In this document: positions 25,964-37,864 of the stretch, in pieces
How positions within the stretch are numbered: position 1 is the first letter of the stretch
Layout of the letters: each line of letters starts with the position of its first letter
NCBI GenBank assembly: GCA_010093705.1
Contig: MU006093.1
Location: 429,557-493,556, forward strand
DNA: 64,000 nucleotides
Direction of reading: 5' to 3'
Source: Patellaria atrata CBS 101060
Lineage: Eukaryota
Notes under the pieces: generated by a model
What the model was told of the DNA's origin: nothing
The model's input: only the letters and a program-made list of their open reading frames with translations
Databases searched by the model: none
Program-made: the position numbers and the translations under genes

Positions 25964-27152
25964 TCAACCCCACCTCTTTGGTAACAATGCCGGCTTGTTA
26001 TCGACAATCTCTTCAATCTCCTCCATAATCTCTTGGGTAAGCTTGGGCAGAAGGTCTAACGACTTGACGCTATTGATGACCTGCTCAGGCCTCGACGCTC
26101 CCGTAATAGCTGAAGAAATACGTGGATTCTTCAACACCCACGCCATAGCCAGAGTCGCCTGGCTCACACCTAATTTGTCGGCAACGATCTAAGCGCATTA
26201 GCGGTGTTGCTCAACACGGACATTCTGCTAACGTACCTTCAGCTTCCTGGTCCTCTCCAAGTCCTGCTTCCACCCCTCATCCCCGTACGTCTTCTTCCTG
26301 GCTTGGATATACCCATCGTTGCTCTCAGCGAGCCTCGTTCCCTCCGGGATCCCATCGTTATACTTCCCCGTCAATACTCCTCCCTTTAGGGGACTAAAAA
26401 TCGTCAATCCTAACCCTAGTCCCATGCCGCCATCCGGCCCGTACTCGAAAATGCCGCCGTTGACGTAATCCCCATCAACCTTATCGCGCTTCAGGAGGTT
26501 ATACTCTGGCTGCTCCATCGTCGGCCCAACCAGCCCTAGCTTGTCTGCGACCCGCCATGCCAACTGAATGTCTGCGGCATTCCACTCAGAGGTACCCCAG
26601 TAGAAGATCTTCCCGCGGAGGATGAGCTCGTTCATTGTGCGCACAATCTCTTCCATGGGTGTCAGGCGGTCCGGACGGTGGCAGTAGAGCAGATCGACAT
26701 AGTCGAGCTGCAGACGCTCAAGAGCATTGTTGAGACCTTCCACCAGGTGTTTGCGGGAGAGTCCAACGTTGTTGATGGGGCTGCGTCCGTGTGCTTTGCC
26801 GAAATAGATCTGGTTGGAGTTAATATTGGTACTTCAGCTGGCCCCTCAGGGCGATCTCGGGGCACGATCGAACACCAAACTGTACCTTTGTTGAGATAAC
26901 TAGATCATTCCTCTTCCATCCGAATTTCTTGATCGCTTCTCCCATCACCCTCTCGCTCTCGCCGTCCGAGTACCCTTCTGCACAATCGAAAAAGTTGATG
27001 CCAGCGTCATACGCTGTCTTCATACACTCAAAAGTCTTCTCGTTCCCTACGTGGCCGCCATAAGTGAGCCAGCCACCGAGGGATATCGCGGAGACTTGCA
27101 ATCCTGAACGGCCGAGGAAGCGGTATTGCATTTCGGGCAGATCTGAAGCCAT
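25964..27152 (-). CDS. Aldo-keto reductase, voltage-gated K+ channel beta-subunit (AKR6) type
   Basis: YRFLGRSGLQVSAISLGGW, FFDCAEGY, STKIYFG, GLSRKHLVEG, HRPD, WGTSEW, EQPEYN, FSPLKGG, ITGAS. Two introns (first 26810-26885). Confidence 0.92.
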
Positions 27153-27803
27153 TTTGACTCTTTAATGTGTTCTCACTTAATGATCCCAATCTTAGACCTA
27201 TAGGTTGATATCTCTCGGCAGAATTCTGGGGAGGGATGTAGGGAGAAGGGGTACAAAATGGAAAGCCGCGGGGTACAACAGCCCACTCTATGCACCGTCA
27301 TTGTGCCATCGCGGTGGGATGTACTAAATACACTTCATGGTTAATTATTGAAAACGGCAGTTAGTTTCTTAAATCCGTCTCCGCTTAAATGGTGGACGTC
27401 ACTTGCGTAGTCGAGGGGTTGTTGCGGGGTAGCAAAATCTTTCTTATCTTACAGCAATATATGAAGTATTCAACAGAGATATGAGGAACAAGGCATTAGG
27501 AAAACAAGGTACATAAAAGGGAAATGTACATAGTTCGAAGAGAAATGCTTTTGATCCTGGCGTGAGCCGTAGCGGTTCTTAAAGCAGATTAGGCCGCCAA
27601 CCGAAAGAGCTAAGCTTCAAGACTCCTGAAAAAGTGAAAAGAGATCCTCCATTCAAAAAAAGAAATGCGTACACCGTGAGGAAATTTTCACTCCAGGAAT
27701 TGGTGTCCATAAGTTGTCACATCTTTAAGGAATATCCGACATGTTTTATGCTTTAATTGGACTGTATAGGCAAGCCAAAGAGAGGAAAGTTCTTGTACGT
27801 TCT

Positions 27804-28960
27804 TCAGTAATCGAAGTCATCACGAGGTAGAGGGACCACTCCATGTGTACGTCCATTCAAAACGTATCGACCGTACTTGTCCCTTGCAAAGGAGTCACCT
27901 TTGAGAACATAGACATCATAATGCGACGGGTGCTTGACATCTACACCTCCCCTCTGGCCCCAGATTATTTCCATATCTTCCCTAGTCTTGCTCTTCTTCT
28001 TACCCTCTTTGATACTCAGCTTCTCGAAGTAACAGTAAGCTCCGTAGAAAACAAAGCTAGTATTGCCCGCATCAACTCCGGATTTGTTGCGGAAATCATT
28101 AAGTTGCTTTGACTGGATCTTCTTTGAGTTGGCATAGAATTGGTTTCCAATGTGGCGGAGGAAGCTCGCTTGAGTCACACCAGGCTTTTGAAGATGCGTG
28201 GTGATCTTGCGCCGAATCTCTTGGCAGGTGTCGTAGATTTCGACGTCATTATCTATTTGCCCATCTAGATGGATATCGCTAACCTCAAAATCCTGGACAG
28301 GAGAGGGAGCAGCGGCGAGTTTGGCTTTCTTCGCTACTAGAGCTGTAACTGATGCAGTAACAACCCCCACTTGTTTTCTGAAGAACGCCAAACCTAAGAA
28401 GTTTAGAGGGTTGTAGACGCCTTCAACTGTGCCATATCCGCGCAGACCTGTCGTGATCTTCTTTCGAGACGTGTAGCTCTTTGCAGAGGTCGTCAGCTGT
28501 CATTATACCTAAGTCGACTAGCGCTCGAATGTTTTGACGGATATCGTCACAACTCTTGTCAATCTTGAGGTGAACGACTATACCAACTGGGTAAATGACG
28601 CTTGGGTGGATGATGTAGGAGGAATTGCTGGCTCTTGTATGGCATCTGCGCGAGGTCGTTTGGCCGCAGACTTCGTAGGGCCTAGGACAGCATTGGAGAC
28701 TTGCTCGCGCCTCTCCGGGTCCACATTTTCGTCAATATATTCTTGATTCCTTTGCGAAGCACGCCACTGGCCACATTATCGACAGTGACTTCTACGTCGC
28801 CCAGAGCGAAGCCTTCGCCATCCTGAGTGATCTAAAGCGCTCCTCCCGCATGGTTTCCCTTGAAGACTTGTTTCATGCCGATATCGAGGCATGCATTTCG
28901 TGCTTTCTGAGGGGACAGCTGGAGGTTTGTCACGAGCTCTGCGAGAATCTGCCGATTTCC
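27804..28960 (-). pseudogene. Degenerate gene for a fungal helical-repeat protein of unknown function (DUF7726-like), intact only in its 3' part
   Basis: The 3' ORF has IYDTCQEIRRKI..GVTQASFLR..GNTSFVFYGAYCYFEKL. A related first repeat (IDKSCDDIRQNIRALVDLG..LAFFRK) is split by frameshifts. An in-frame TAG lies further 5', and the ORF has no ATG start. Confidence 0.55.
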
Positions 28961-29535
28961 CTACAGAACATATCAATTAAATGCTTCATCTCTAGGATTG
29001 GCTAAATTCTAGTTTATCCCCTATCTTACTCATTTCGAAGAAAGGCAGTAAGGTAATTGATTCGTACCTTGGACGTGTTGTGTAGGTATTTTGATGTGAT
29101 ACAGGAGTTCACGCGTTCGAAGTAGCTTTAGAACTAAGGTAAAACTAGCCTTTGCACAGACTAGTTTCGCGAATCTAGCAGGCGGTCACATGAAAACCAC
29201 CCCCTTTTTCTTTAAAGTAACTTGGAAATATTCCTGCGTACTCCACTTCTGAGGGAAAAGGTGATGTCAAATTGATATTCATTCTTATGTATCTCTGATT
29301 CCTGAGAGCTGGGATAAGATCCAAAATAAAAAATATAGCAAAACGAAACCCTCCACTTTAAGACCCGGAACCTTGATGGTTACCGACGGTACCTTCTGGA
29401 GACGATCAATGCAAGATCTAGGATCTTACTACTGTACTAGGGTGCTGCGGCCTTGTTAGAGATTGTACACGGAGGGTGCGTATATAAGGTACAAGTTCCG
29501 TGTTGACTCTACGCTATGGGTAGTACCTGTTCTAC

Positions 29536-29612
29536 TCTTCCTCTTCTTCTTCTTCTTCTTCTTCTTCTTCTCCTTCTTCTTCTTCTTCTTCTTCTTCTTC
29601 TTCATCTTCATC
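29536..29612. repeat. (TTC/GAA)n microsatellite, about 25 imperfect units
   Basis: Directly visible, about 160 bp downstream of the ALG13 stop. Confidence 0.95.
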
Positions 29613-29771
29613 ACTTTAGGGGTAAGGGCCATATGATTGGAGATGTAATCGGCCCATTGTATTCCTCATGATCTACTGTACTTGCTATCCAAACATTTCC
29701 CTGGTCGACTTACTCTCCCTAATATGATAAGTATTTTCTCAATACTGCTTCTCAGAGCACATCGGGACTTC

Positions 29772-30484
29772 TCATTCAGTAAGCCCTGTCTCATCGCCTA
29801 CTATACCAGGTACACCACGGGCTTTCCTATGAGTGCCACTATTGACTGGTGGCCATGTTCTATGCTTCTGCCGCAGAGTCTCAGACTCGTGCAATGCAGC
29901 AGAAAGATTGCTAAGATCAGATTAGCAACTGATTTGATTACTACTATAAGAGAATGAGAGTGGCTCACTTTAAGTTCCCATAGACAACATAGCCTTGTCC
30001 TTCCAGTGCTTCAGCTAGTTGCGCCTGGTGGTTATCGAGAAGGGTCGAGTTGGGGACTACAATGAGTTGGACTGAGAGACGCAAAGCATCAAGTACGGTA
30101 CCGGATCCTGGATACGATAGTTAAGACAACGAGATTCGTATGTATGCAGATTGAGTAATTACCACCGTGAGTGATAACCACACCCTCAGCATTTCCCCAC
30201 TCTCCCTTAGCGTCTAGCATATCGTCCTCTAAACCATAACTACGAAAATCGAATCCGGTGATGGTGAGCCCAAGCTCAGAAATGGTTGAGGAGTTCGCCT
30301 TAACGACAGATTCAAAGAAGCTTTTGGAATAATCTCCATACTGGATGGTTACATCCGTGTAGCCTAATTCTTTCAATGTCTTGAGGACCTTAGGACTAAT
30401 AACTGAATCGATAAGACGATCAAAAGACGCTGTAGCTCCAACGGTGACGAAGCACAACTTCTTTGTCTGGGAGTGTCTGCTCAT
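29772..30484 (-). CDS. ALG13: UDP-GlcNAc transferase catalytic subunit Alg13
   Basis: [49 protein letters not shown]. Two introns; TGA at 29774-29772. Confidence 0.93.
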
Positions 30485-30843
30485 TGCCGCATGTAGAGTC
30501 TCATACAGCACAGTTAAGGTACAGTTGGTACTCGGGAGCGGTGACTTGATAGTTTAAAGAGGGTTTTAAGGAGTGACGTAGGATGAAAAGACTTAGATGT
30601 GATAGTATGAGAAACTGCGATTGTCCACTGTATCAACGAAAGACTTACTCTAGGAGACAAGTGATACGCCTAGAATTAAATCTTTTAAAATGTATTGCGA
30701 GACGAATGTTTTTTTTGGCAGCTCTTTCGAGGCCGAGGGTTACGGTTACCCATACGGGCCTTTAGTGCTATCACGAACTTTTTCCATCCTCACCTCCTTC
30801 ATCAACAAAACGCTCCTTTAAACTCCAAACGTCATCCATTGCG

Positions 30844-31650
30844 ATGAGCATGACCCTCGTAACTCGACCTCTGCGGTCACAGAATATCATTACCTCCTCG
30901 AATTGTTTTCTTAACACCTCATCGCAGCAGTCCCGAAATCACCCATCTTCCATCCCCCATCAACACCGCCATGCATCTACAACAGGCCGGCAAACTCGAC
31001 GTTTACGGCTCCCACCCGCTCCCTCATTCACAAATACGAATATAACACAAGACCACATCATCTTCAATCCTCCCTCCGCGGCCCCGAACGTGTACCACAC
31101 ACCTCCCATCTTCCTGCCAAAAGGGGACCGACGACGCCAGCTCTTCGAACGCACCGCAGCAGCTACATCCACATCGAACCCAACAACACCACGATCCTCA
31201 GCCGTACCATCAGGCGCAATCGAACCTCAAAACCTGACCTCGGACGTACCCGCGCCGTCGGCCCTTAGCACGATAGCCGCAACCCGCACCGCTCTCGCTT
31301 CCTCCTCCCTCCCCGCGACGCAATATCTCTCATCCAGCACCGCTTCCTCCGAAGCCTCTCTCCCGCCTCTCCTCCGCCCCATTAAAGAGAAGAAATACCA
31401 TATTACCGCAGAGCAGGTAGAGGAGATCCGGGCGCTGCGAACGGGTGACCCGGAGAAGTGGACGTGCACGAAGATCGCTGCGAAGTACGATTGCTCGCCG
31501 CTATTTGTGGCGATGGTGGTGAAGAGTCCGGAGATGCAGAGAAAGCATGAGGAGAGGTTGGAGGAGGTGAAGAAGAGGTGGGGACGGAAGAGGAGGGAGG
31601 CGAGGGAGGATAGGGCGAGGAGGAGGCAGTTATGGGGGAGAGAGGTGTAG
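30844..31650 (+). CDS. MRPL20: Mitochondrial large-subunit ribosomal protein mL58
   Basis: Presequence-like N-terminus. FNPPSAAPNVYHTPPIFLP and KKYHITAEQVEEIRALRTGDPEKWT..YDCSPLFV. Divergent from ALG13 (360 bp). Confidence 0.85.
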   Translation: MSMTLVTRPLRSQNIITSSNCFLNTSSQQSRNHPSSIPHQHRHASTTGRQTRRLRLPPAPSFTNTNITQDHIIFNPPSAAPNVYHTPPIFLPKGDRRRQLFERTAAATSTSNPTTPRSSAVPSGAIEPQNLTSDVPAPSALSTIAATRTALASSSLPATQYLSSSTASSEASLPPLLRPIKEKKYHITAEQVEEIRALRTGDPEKWTCTKIAAKYDCSPLFVAMVVKSPEMQRKHEERLEEVKKRWGRKRREAREDRARRRQLWGREV

Positions 31651-32216
31651 TGAGTGATTTTGGAGTGAGAGTTTTAGACCAGGGGGCTTGTTGAACCCAT
31701 TAAATTCGTTTGGGAGACACATGTATGATGTGTAAGATATGTTGGATCGCTGTATGAGGAAAGGATTTGTACAAATCAGAAAGACGGCATCTACGGGCGT
31801 TATCATATTCAAGCAAAGGTTCTACGCTAAATCTTCCTATCACAAATTTACTAAAACAACTCATATGTATCTGAACTTTCATTTTCGAATTCAGAAACAC
31901 CTCAAGCACGTGGTTCCTAAGGTCCGCGGAGGCAAACATGTTGGGAGCCTATCATAACCACTGTTCAACAACGTGATGTCCGAAAGAGGAAATTATGGCA
32001 AAGTTCGTCGAACGCGTGTTGTTGTCCCGTGGAGTTGTCCAGCTTCCGAGCTTGACCCACAATCTGTCCGTACAAAAACTGTATGGTACACAGAGTGCAC
32101 CCACTGTACTACCCCCTTTACCATGTCAATAATACTTACACCACTGGCTCAACAAATTCGTAGTAACCAAACACGTATATTTTTTCCTACAGAGCACCGT
32201 CGTGTATATAGCTAAA

Positions 32217-33698
32217 TCAACCCTCCATCGGTTCCTCAGCAACATAATGCAAATATGCGCCCAACAGCTTAGTCCCCTCAATATAATTCCTCCGATCCAA
32301 CTTCTCATTGATACTATGCGCCGCATCCGTACTGCTCCCCATCGGCAACAATAGCACATTCTTCCCCGTCGCCTGCTCAAATGTCAACGTAACCGGAATA
32401 CTACCACCCTCGCGCGTCAGATCCGGCTTCACGCCCCACACATGCTCGACCGCCTTACCCGCCGCGGTAAAGTTCCAGTGCTTTGGACTCGCGACCCACC
32501 ACTTGCCGGCGTGCTGGCACCATACCTTGCACGTGTTCTTGGAGTTGAGTTTGGAGAAAGCGTCTTGAACGTGTTTGATGACGAGCTCGTTTACGGGGTC
32601 AATCTCCATGTTTGGGACGGTGCGGATGCTGAATTTTCCCGTTACCTTTGCGGGAATGACGGTTTTAGCACCAGGAGCGGAGAAGGCGCCTTCGATGCCG
32701 TGGATGGAGAGGGAGGGGTAGCGCCAGCGGCCCATGAGGGTACGTTCTTTGTCGGGGAAGATACCGGTTTGGGAGCCGAGAGATTCGTAGAGGTTATCCA
32801 TGGTGAACGCTATATCACCATATAGACTCTTCTCTTCATCGGTAAGGGGCGCTACAAAATCTTTAATGCCCTTGATCAGGATGGTACCATCTGTGTCTAC
32901 CAAGGTTCCGAGAACCTTTGTGAGATCTGTCATGGGCTCGTGAGTTGTACCGCCAAATACACCACTGTGTAAATCCTGCCCTGGACCTGAAATCTCGATC
33001 GAGTAGTAGTTTACCCCTCGAAGTCCGTAGGTGAGACAGGGCTTCTCAGTTCCGAGCCAGTAATTGTCCGAAATGCACACTGCATCTGCATCTTTGAAGT
33101 ATTTCTTTGCTTCCTCGTTGATGAAATCGTCAAGACCTTCTGAGCCATATTCTTCCATGCCTTCGAAGCACATGAGAAGATTGACTGGGAAACCTACGCC
33201 AGCTTTTTGGTGGGCCTCTATAACGTTCAGCCATCCCAATACCGGACCCTTGTCGTCTGTACTTCCACGTCCATACATCCTCCCTTTTTCATCCACTGAG
33301 AGCTCGAATGGCTTCGTGCTCCAACCATCTTCCATTAAAGCAGGCTGGACATCATAATGTCCGTATACGAGGATTGTCCGCTTCTTCTTGTCATTTCCGT
33401 ATCTCCCTATGACTACCGGCGGTAAATCTAAGTACTCCTTATGTGGTTGCTTGCCCAACGGCCTGAGTTCTACTTCTGCGCCTAAGTTCTTAAGCTCTGA
33501 TGCTAGCCATTGGCCCATCTAAGAGACATCAGTTATCGTCATAGGTATGTGATCGATAATATATACTTTAACGACGTCCGGTCTATGCTCATCCATCGCA
33601 GAGACCGAAGGAATCGCAACCGCTTTCCTAAGCCTCTCGATGAAGTCTTCCGAAGAAGCTTCCACCTGCTTGAAATATGCATCTAATTGCGGCGCCAT
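32217..33698 (-). CDS. DUG1: Cys-Gly metallodipeptidase (M20A, CNDP2 orthologue)
   Basis: MAPQLD start, intron 33519-33566. YGHYDVQPA, GRGSTDDKGP, EGMEEYGS, DLHSG, REGGSIP, AHSINEK. Confidence 0.95.
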
Positions 33699-34306
33699 GA
33701 TTCTTTTGGAGCTATACAGATATGGCCAAGTTGCCTGTGATCGTTGGAAGCGGAGAGGGGTTGAGAGGGGGCAAAGAGTAATATATGAGCAACTTTTGAA
33801 AGAGGAGTGAGTACACCTTCGGTATACAACACTAGTGAGGGTCGTGTGCACAGAATTATATGACCCAAAAGATGTAGAGAGTGGGTTGCGGGGCATACCG
33901 AACCTAGGTGTGGAGAGGATGATGTGAGGTGCTCGCTTTACTACGGGACTGTTCAGAGCTACCTTCCTATTTCATCTATGTTCGTAATAAAACAATATTT
34001 AATTCGTTGAAATATATAATTGTGGTCCCGTCTTATAACATCTTAACTCCTAATTTGCAGATTTGATGATCAGTAACTTTATATTTTCTCGAGTAATGCT
34101 GTCAAAATTTATGCAGAATAGTGCACGTTCTGTAGCCGAGTCTGTAAATGATTACGATATGATGGTACAAAAGTATCGGAGTCTTCCATGAGTGGAGAGT
34201 TGATGATACTATTCGGACAGAGACGTTGAACAATAAAGATAGCCGGATTGAACTCCTATCCTGCGTCGGGTACAGGTTCATGATTATATCTTACACTGAC
34301 GCCCCA

Positions 34307-34864
34307 TCACTTGCTGCCACCAAACAATCCTCCGAACCAACCTTTGGCCTGTGAAGCTTTCTCCATGGTAGTCTTGTCAAACTTATCTACCGCTGATTTG
34401 AGCCCACTTTCTGTCTCCTTCTTGTACTCTTCCATCTTCTTCTCCGCATTGGCTCTGTATTCCTCGAGCTTCGAGTCAACCTTATGTGTTGTCTCTTTAG
34501 CTTCCGACATCTGGTTAATGTCAGTTAAGAACACCATAGAGAGTAATTAGAAGCTGAACAGACAATGGATATACTCACAGCATTATCAAACTTTTTGCCT
34601 GTCTCTGCTCCTAGAACTTTCGCCTCGGTTTTGGCTTCTTTCTCTCTACCGGGAAGCTCGCTCCTCATGCTAGAAGACAGGCGCGCAGCATCATCTGATA
34701 CAGGGTTAAACGTTGAGGGATCTCAACAAGGTACATGTAATAGCTGACGTACGTTCGAATTTCTTCTCTGCTACTTTTGGGCTTCCGCCTGCTTGGTAGA
34801 GGTAATAGCCAATGCCACCTGCAACAGCCACACCACCGACCTTGAGCGCACGACCGCTAGACAT
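34307..34864 (-). CDS. Small conserved fungal protein with an N-terminal Gly-rich hydrophobic helix and LEA-like charged helical body
   Basis: Three exons: MSSGRALKVGGVAVAGGIGYYLYQAGGSPKVAEKKFE..ELPGREKEAK..AVDKFDKTTMEKASQAKGWFGGLFGGSK*. Canonical splice sites. Confidence 0.75.
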
Positions 34865-35410
34865 TGTGATAAGGTAGGAATATGCCCAGAACTTCGGTTG
34901 ATGGTTGACGTATTCGTGATGATGAGTTGAGATTTCAATGGAAGGTCTGTATATTTGTATGAAAGAGGGGATAGGGCGGGTTAAGTAGGTGAGGTGAGTT
35001 ATAGCTTATTGTTTGAGGGGTCTTTGCCCTCTTCTTAGGCTCTTAGGTCCCTATACAACAATGACGTACCGACCGACAAGTCCAAGCTCCTTAAGCCACA
35101 AAATTTACCTAGGTATACCTTAAAACGCGTAACCTTACCGACACCACTTTAAGCGTTCACCAAACTCCTTTCCCTACATTAATTCTATAATTGTGTTTTC
35201 GTCTTATCGCTCCTTTCCAAAATAGACATTCTCTATATCTGTTACGCTTTCCTTTATACTATTCTCAAGACCGTGCTTGAGTCTTGGCCCAGTCCTTATG
35301 TTCAGCCGTACTCTTATGTAGCATACCCGACATTAACCCAAGTGTACATTTAGACCGTTAACAGACGAACGGTATATTCTTCGCTGTGTAAATGCTTTTT
35401 TACTTCTGTC

Positions 35411-36937
35411 ATGTCTACATCTGCTTCTATATCTAGATCGATGGACGGTCAGAAAGATGCATCCCCCAAGCTTAACCACAAGATCCTCCTAGTCGACCAT
35501 ACGAAACCTGCGGGTGACAGTGCAAGCACACCAGATTCCCCCAATACTTCAGATACTCGCCTTTCGAAGAAATGGACCCATGCTTCTTCAATCCGCGATA
35601 TGCGTTCGAGGCGGAAGTATGCGAAGTGGAACGAGGATAAAGGGACGTCTGAAGCGACAGACATACCAGAGACTGAAAGCTCAGCTGCAAAAGAAGATAT
35701 AGAAGGAAACGATCAAGGCGCAGGATCCGATACTGGATCAAGGCTAAAACGAGGGCGACAGAAGATCAAGGGTATACTGAACCCCAAGAAAGCTGCTGCA
35801 TCCGCGAAAGACGAAAACACCGTGATTGATGCTCTGTACGAGAACCAAAGGGGCTCATTTTTCTGCGGGATACCTCTCTTCTCCTCTAACACACTTCTAA
35901 ATTTTGATCCTCCAGCTTGGGTCGACAGTCGATTTAAGCCAAGCCCGGTCAACATCACCAATGCACAAGTACCTGATCCCAGCTGGATATGGGAGTGGAA
36001 ATCTTGGTATGTGGATATGTCTCGCGATGTGGACGAGGAAGGGTGGGAGTATTCCTTCATGTTCCAAAATCGGTTCGCGTGGCATGGGACTCATCCATGG
36101 TTTCACTCTTTCGTTAGGAGGAGACGATGGCTTAGGAAACGAGTTCGTACTCATATTCGTCATGTCCATGGACAGGATTCACGGCAAAGGAAATCAAATC
36201 AAGCACACATTCTAGATGTCGAATACTTTACCATACACCCGAGCAGGAATCGAAGCCCGAGTTCTAGTCGAAGTCGTCCTACCAGTTCACATATGTCAAA
36301 GCGCAATAGCAGACTCAGCGGGCAAGATGATGAGCCAGAACCATTAGACGATATTCGAGATATTCCAGCTTTAATGAGACGCTTGAAAAACTCAGCTATA
36401 GATCGAGAAAAGCTCGTCGCCATTCAAAGTTTTGTCAAAAACGCTAACGACGAGCTTTTCTACTTAGCAGATCAGGTATTTTGATTCAATTGTGAACCCA
36501 TCATTATCGGACTAACGATGTTACAGATACCGGTAATTACCTCCCTTTTCACGTACCAGGAGTCACGAAGACACTTGCTAAGTATCCTTACTGCTCAATT
36601 CGACGCAGCTACGCGACATCGAAAGAAGCATGAGGAGCGAGAAGAAGAAGAGGATGCGATTGAGAGAAAACGGATTGATAATCTACTAAGAGCCGTTGAA
36701 GCAGCTGATGATGAAGCTAAAAAGCTGGAGTATTGGAGTGATATTCGAGGAATGGTCCGCAAGGGTGAAGTCGCAGGGGCTGCAGATGAAGATCACGGAT
36801 GGCATCACGGTTGGCAAGGCGTCGATAACAGCGCACCTGGCGCAATAGAAGTGAATGCACCTACATCTGGATTTGAGGATGATGATGAAGAGTTCGACCC
36901 TAGGCCCAAGGATAAAGGGAAAGCTCGTCAGGATTGA
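35411..36937 (+). CDS. SPO73: Spo73/Mug65-like dysferlin (Pex24p-type) domain protein
   Basis: LYENQRG..PLFS..DPPAW..PDPSWIWEWKSWYVDM..VDEEGWEY..SFVRRRRWLRKR. Intron 36476-36526. The start could be 35411 or 35441. Confidence 0.75.
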
Positions 36938-37688
36938 TGATTCTTAGTTTGATACCTAATGCGCGCTCGAAACGCGTTATATTTTTGAGTCTAATGCTTT
37001 TGAGGAGGCTTTTATAGTCCGCAATGTCCTTCCTGCTCAATGTTCTGTCAAAATGAGCCATGGATCTCTGATATCCGTCTATTCATACTTGTAAGCCATT
37101 ACCACTAGTCCCCACTTTTACTACTATTGATATTGGGGGCATTTGGTGTGGTCTCGTAGAGAAGTTGACTTGTGAATAAGTCGTATGCTCAACCCACTGT
37201 TGGAGAGATGGGCAGATTGACTATTCAGCACTCGACCTAAAACGAGGTTGATGATGCGCGGTATGGGAGCCCTATGTCAATAACTTTTTCAGTTTTACCA
37301 GGCTTACTTCACTACCTTTCTTCTGTGTTAATGATCCGACTGAACATAGGAGCTCGATTCCTTACTTTTTTATTGCTTTTTTCAAATTCTTTTACCATAC
37401 CTTTCCTTCCCACTTTGATGCCTGCATCTTAGCTGTTTTGGACTGGTATAAAACGACTACGTCGTGAGGTTATGCAAGAATTTTTAAGATCAAAAATGAG
37501 GCAATTATAAAAGTTAGCTGCTAGTATTTTTGTATTTCATAACTTTTCAGTTGTATCTCCTTCTAACACAATTGAAAGTGGTTTCAAGTGATCGTTAACA
37601 CTTTATACTGCATTGCTTTATGATGGAGTTGTGATTAGTCGGTCCCTCAATCAAAAACCCAGCTCAGGTTATAGTCTTGGCGTGGTTC

Positions 37689-37703
37689 TTTCGCGTCGCG
37701 CGT
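37689..37703. promoter_or_regulatory. SCB/MCB-like element upstream of CDT1-like gene
   Basis: TTTCGCGTCGCGCGT about 165 bp upstream of the ATG at 37865. Confidence 0.5.
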
Positions 37704-37864
37704 AACCGCCAGCCAGCTCCGACACCCCCATATCAACATTACCTTTCCCCTCGAGTACATCACTCCCCACTACAACACGGCGAAATATTCTTGCGCCGAT
37801 CAAATCATTAGAGGAATTCCTAATATCTTTTGCGCAAGTATCCCTTACGATATAATTATTCACC

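Noticed and set aside
29455..29632. Short minus-strand poly-Lys ORF through the GAA microsatellite
   Set aside because: Stop-free only because of the repeat; no coding evidence.
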